A stretch of 64,000 nucleotides of DNA. It comes from Octopus vulgaris (Eukaryota). Where the stretch lies: NCBI GenBank assembly GCA_951406725.2, contig OX597827.1, forward strand, positions 49,972,001 to 50,036,000. The letters run 5' to 3'. Made by a program: the position numbers and the translations under genes. The notes beneath the pieces are model-generated. The model saw nothing but the letters and a program-made list of their open reading frames with translations. It had not been told where the DNA came from and did no database searches. Positions 61,960 to 64,000 of the stretch are shown here, piece by piece (position 1 is the first letter of the stretch; the number at the start of each line of letters is the position of its first letter).

Positions 61960-63720
61960 GCTGACAGCTCAGAATCAAGGGTTGAAGGAAGAACAGCAAC
62001 AGCTGAGAAGAGCTCAGTGTGGTTATGGGTGAAAAGGAATGGAATACAGCAAGCTGCTAACTGTAGGCGGAAAGAAAGTGCAAGTCTGTGTGGTGTTCTT
62101 TGCCGCTTAGCAATAAGCTCACTCAACGGTTCCGAGTTTAATCCCCATTAAAGGTGCATTTCAAAACAGTAGGACATTGAGGAGTCATGACAGGAATGAA
62201 TGGGCCAACGGAGTTCTTTCTCTGAAGATTTCTCCTGTTAGCCCCATAAGTTTCCATTTACTAAACTCATAAACTTCTTTTCCCTATGTCACATCAAAAT
62301 CCATAAATGAATACTGTGGAAGATTTTAACTTCTTTTGTAGCCAATTACATGCAAAGACATTTTGGTTGTTGTTCTTTAACACACTTCAGTCTTGGTTGC
62401 ATAGACTAATGACCAAAGACATTCTAGCCTTAACTATTGTGCTTTTTCAAGGTTATTTAGGACTGTATCATCAAATGCCTTCTTTCTTTTTGAAGACAGT
62501 AGAAGTATTGTTTAAAGGAATTTAGCTGCTATTTTAAGCAGATTAAGTAACCATGAAGAGGCTGGCTCCCTCGTGTCTGTACTTGTGAGAAGAGAAACGG
62601 CATAAGCCATCTCAGCATTGAGAAATAGAAAATATCCATATTTTTACAATTTGGACCATGGTGCCCTATATTCTTGCTGTCACAAACCATAATTCAGATT
62701 GCTATCTTTCTTCATAAAAACATACAAATCAATACACAGGTTTTTATTTTTAGACTTTAATTTTATGCCAGATTGGTTGATGAATACTTTCCTGTCGTTA
62801 TATAGTGCTTTGTCTACTCCTTTTCTGCAGTCAAAAAGGTAGCATACTGGACTAAAAACTTTACAGAAAATAATTTCATCATTGGGGGTAATCTTCTATC
62901 TGGGCAGCTCCTGTCAACTGTCCTACCCATGCATGCATGGAAGACTGACATTAAAAGGAGATGACGATGATGATGATGATGATGATGCTGATGATGATAT
63001 GCTATAAGTTCAAGTGCTGCCAAAACTGATTTTATCTTTCATTCTTAAGAAATGATGAAATAAGTGCTAAGCATGAAATGAGATCATGAAAATCAATTAC
63101 ACTCCTTCCTATACTCTTTCACTTGTGCCAATGTATTAAAACTGATAAAAATAAGTGAAACCTTGATGCCAAATTCAGAACTTGGCACAAGGATAATTTT
63201 AAAATGTATACACAGAAAATGAGACAGTAACGCAAGAATAGTTAAGTGAAGGCACTTGCTTTGTAAAACTGCAAGCAATGTTCATCATCATACAGCTGAC
63301 TTGCACAGAATCAATATTCAGGTGGTTTTTTTACCAAAACTATCGTAAGGATAAATTTATATCTAAAAATGACCTGTCTAAGTGTGTGTAAAGAGAGATA
63401 AAGAAAAGATGCTGGACATTTTGTATTCTGGTAAATGGTGAAATATAACTTGAAGTTGGTGGTAGTGCTTTTGAACAATGATTGCCATCACTAACAGCAC
63501 CAACATGCCATTGAAAACATCTGTTTCACAGAAGAGTGAAAGTCAAAATGCACCCAATATTTTCAAGGTTGTGTGATAGTCACGTATTCATTATCCCGAT
63601 TCCTGAAAGCAAAAGAAAAAAATATTTTAATATGCAGTAAGTTGAAAAAAGTATAAGAAAAAGACAATTTTGCTGTTATTTTAAAAGTTTATCACCATTT
63701 TTATTTTTAGAAAATTGAAG

Positions 63721-64000
63721 CTGAGCGTGATCATTACCAACGTCGCTTCATGCACCATTTGTGCATGATCGTTACCAACGTTGCTTCACTGGCACCTGTG
63801 CTGGTGGCACGTATAAAAAGATTCGAGAGAGGTCATTGCCAGTACTGCCTGACTGGACCCCGGGCCGGTGGCACATAAAAGGCACCCACTACACTCTTGG
63901 AGTGGTTGGCATTAGGAAGGGCATCCAGCAGAAGAAACTCTGCCAGATCAAGATTGGAGACTGGTGCAGCCATCTGGTTTGCCAGCCCTCAGTCAAAATC
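63721..64000 (+). mobile_element. RTE LINE 3' UTR, runs off the window end
   Basis: Same subfamily as 33393-33802. Confidence 0.85.

Overview
AT-rich, repeat-saturated animal genomic DNA. It is most likely an octopus, inferred from the tRNA-SINE families, (GAT)n-tailed RTE LINEs and dense TA/CA/GATA microsatellites. The only supportable host gene is the 3' part of an IGFBP7/IGFBP-rP1 (KAZALD1/IGFBPL1)-family gene on the + strand: three phase-1 exons at 35357-35509, 40915-41088 and 43608-43654 encode the I-set Ig domain and a basic tail. The IB and Kazal exons were not found, so 1-35356 is probably intron or upstream sequence. The rest is transposon-derived: three SINE families, RTE and R4/Dong LINE fragments, a mariner, a hAT, Merlin elements, piggyBac MITEs, a Helitron end and Penelope-like fragments. 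The most striking signal is about a dozen minimal type-I hammerhead ribozyme (HHR) motifs in short, often (TA)n-flanked elements. Their helix III is a different palindrome in nearly every copy, and the 3-8 tertiary pair covaries (C-G, G-C, U-A). One HHR sits in a 360-bp, 1.5-copy unit with 100% identical 195-bp direct repeats (20791-21345), a candidate circular-RNA retrozyme. Most ORFs in the supplied track are microsatellite or repeat artefacts. All calls were made by eye; no searches or folding computations were run.
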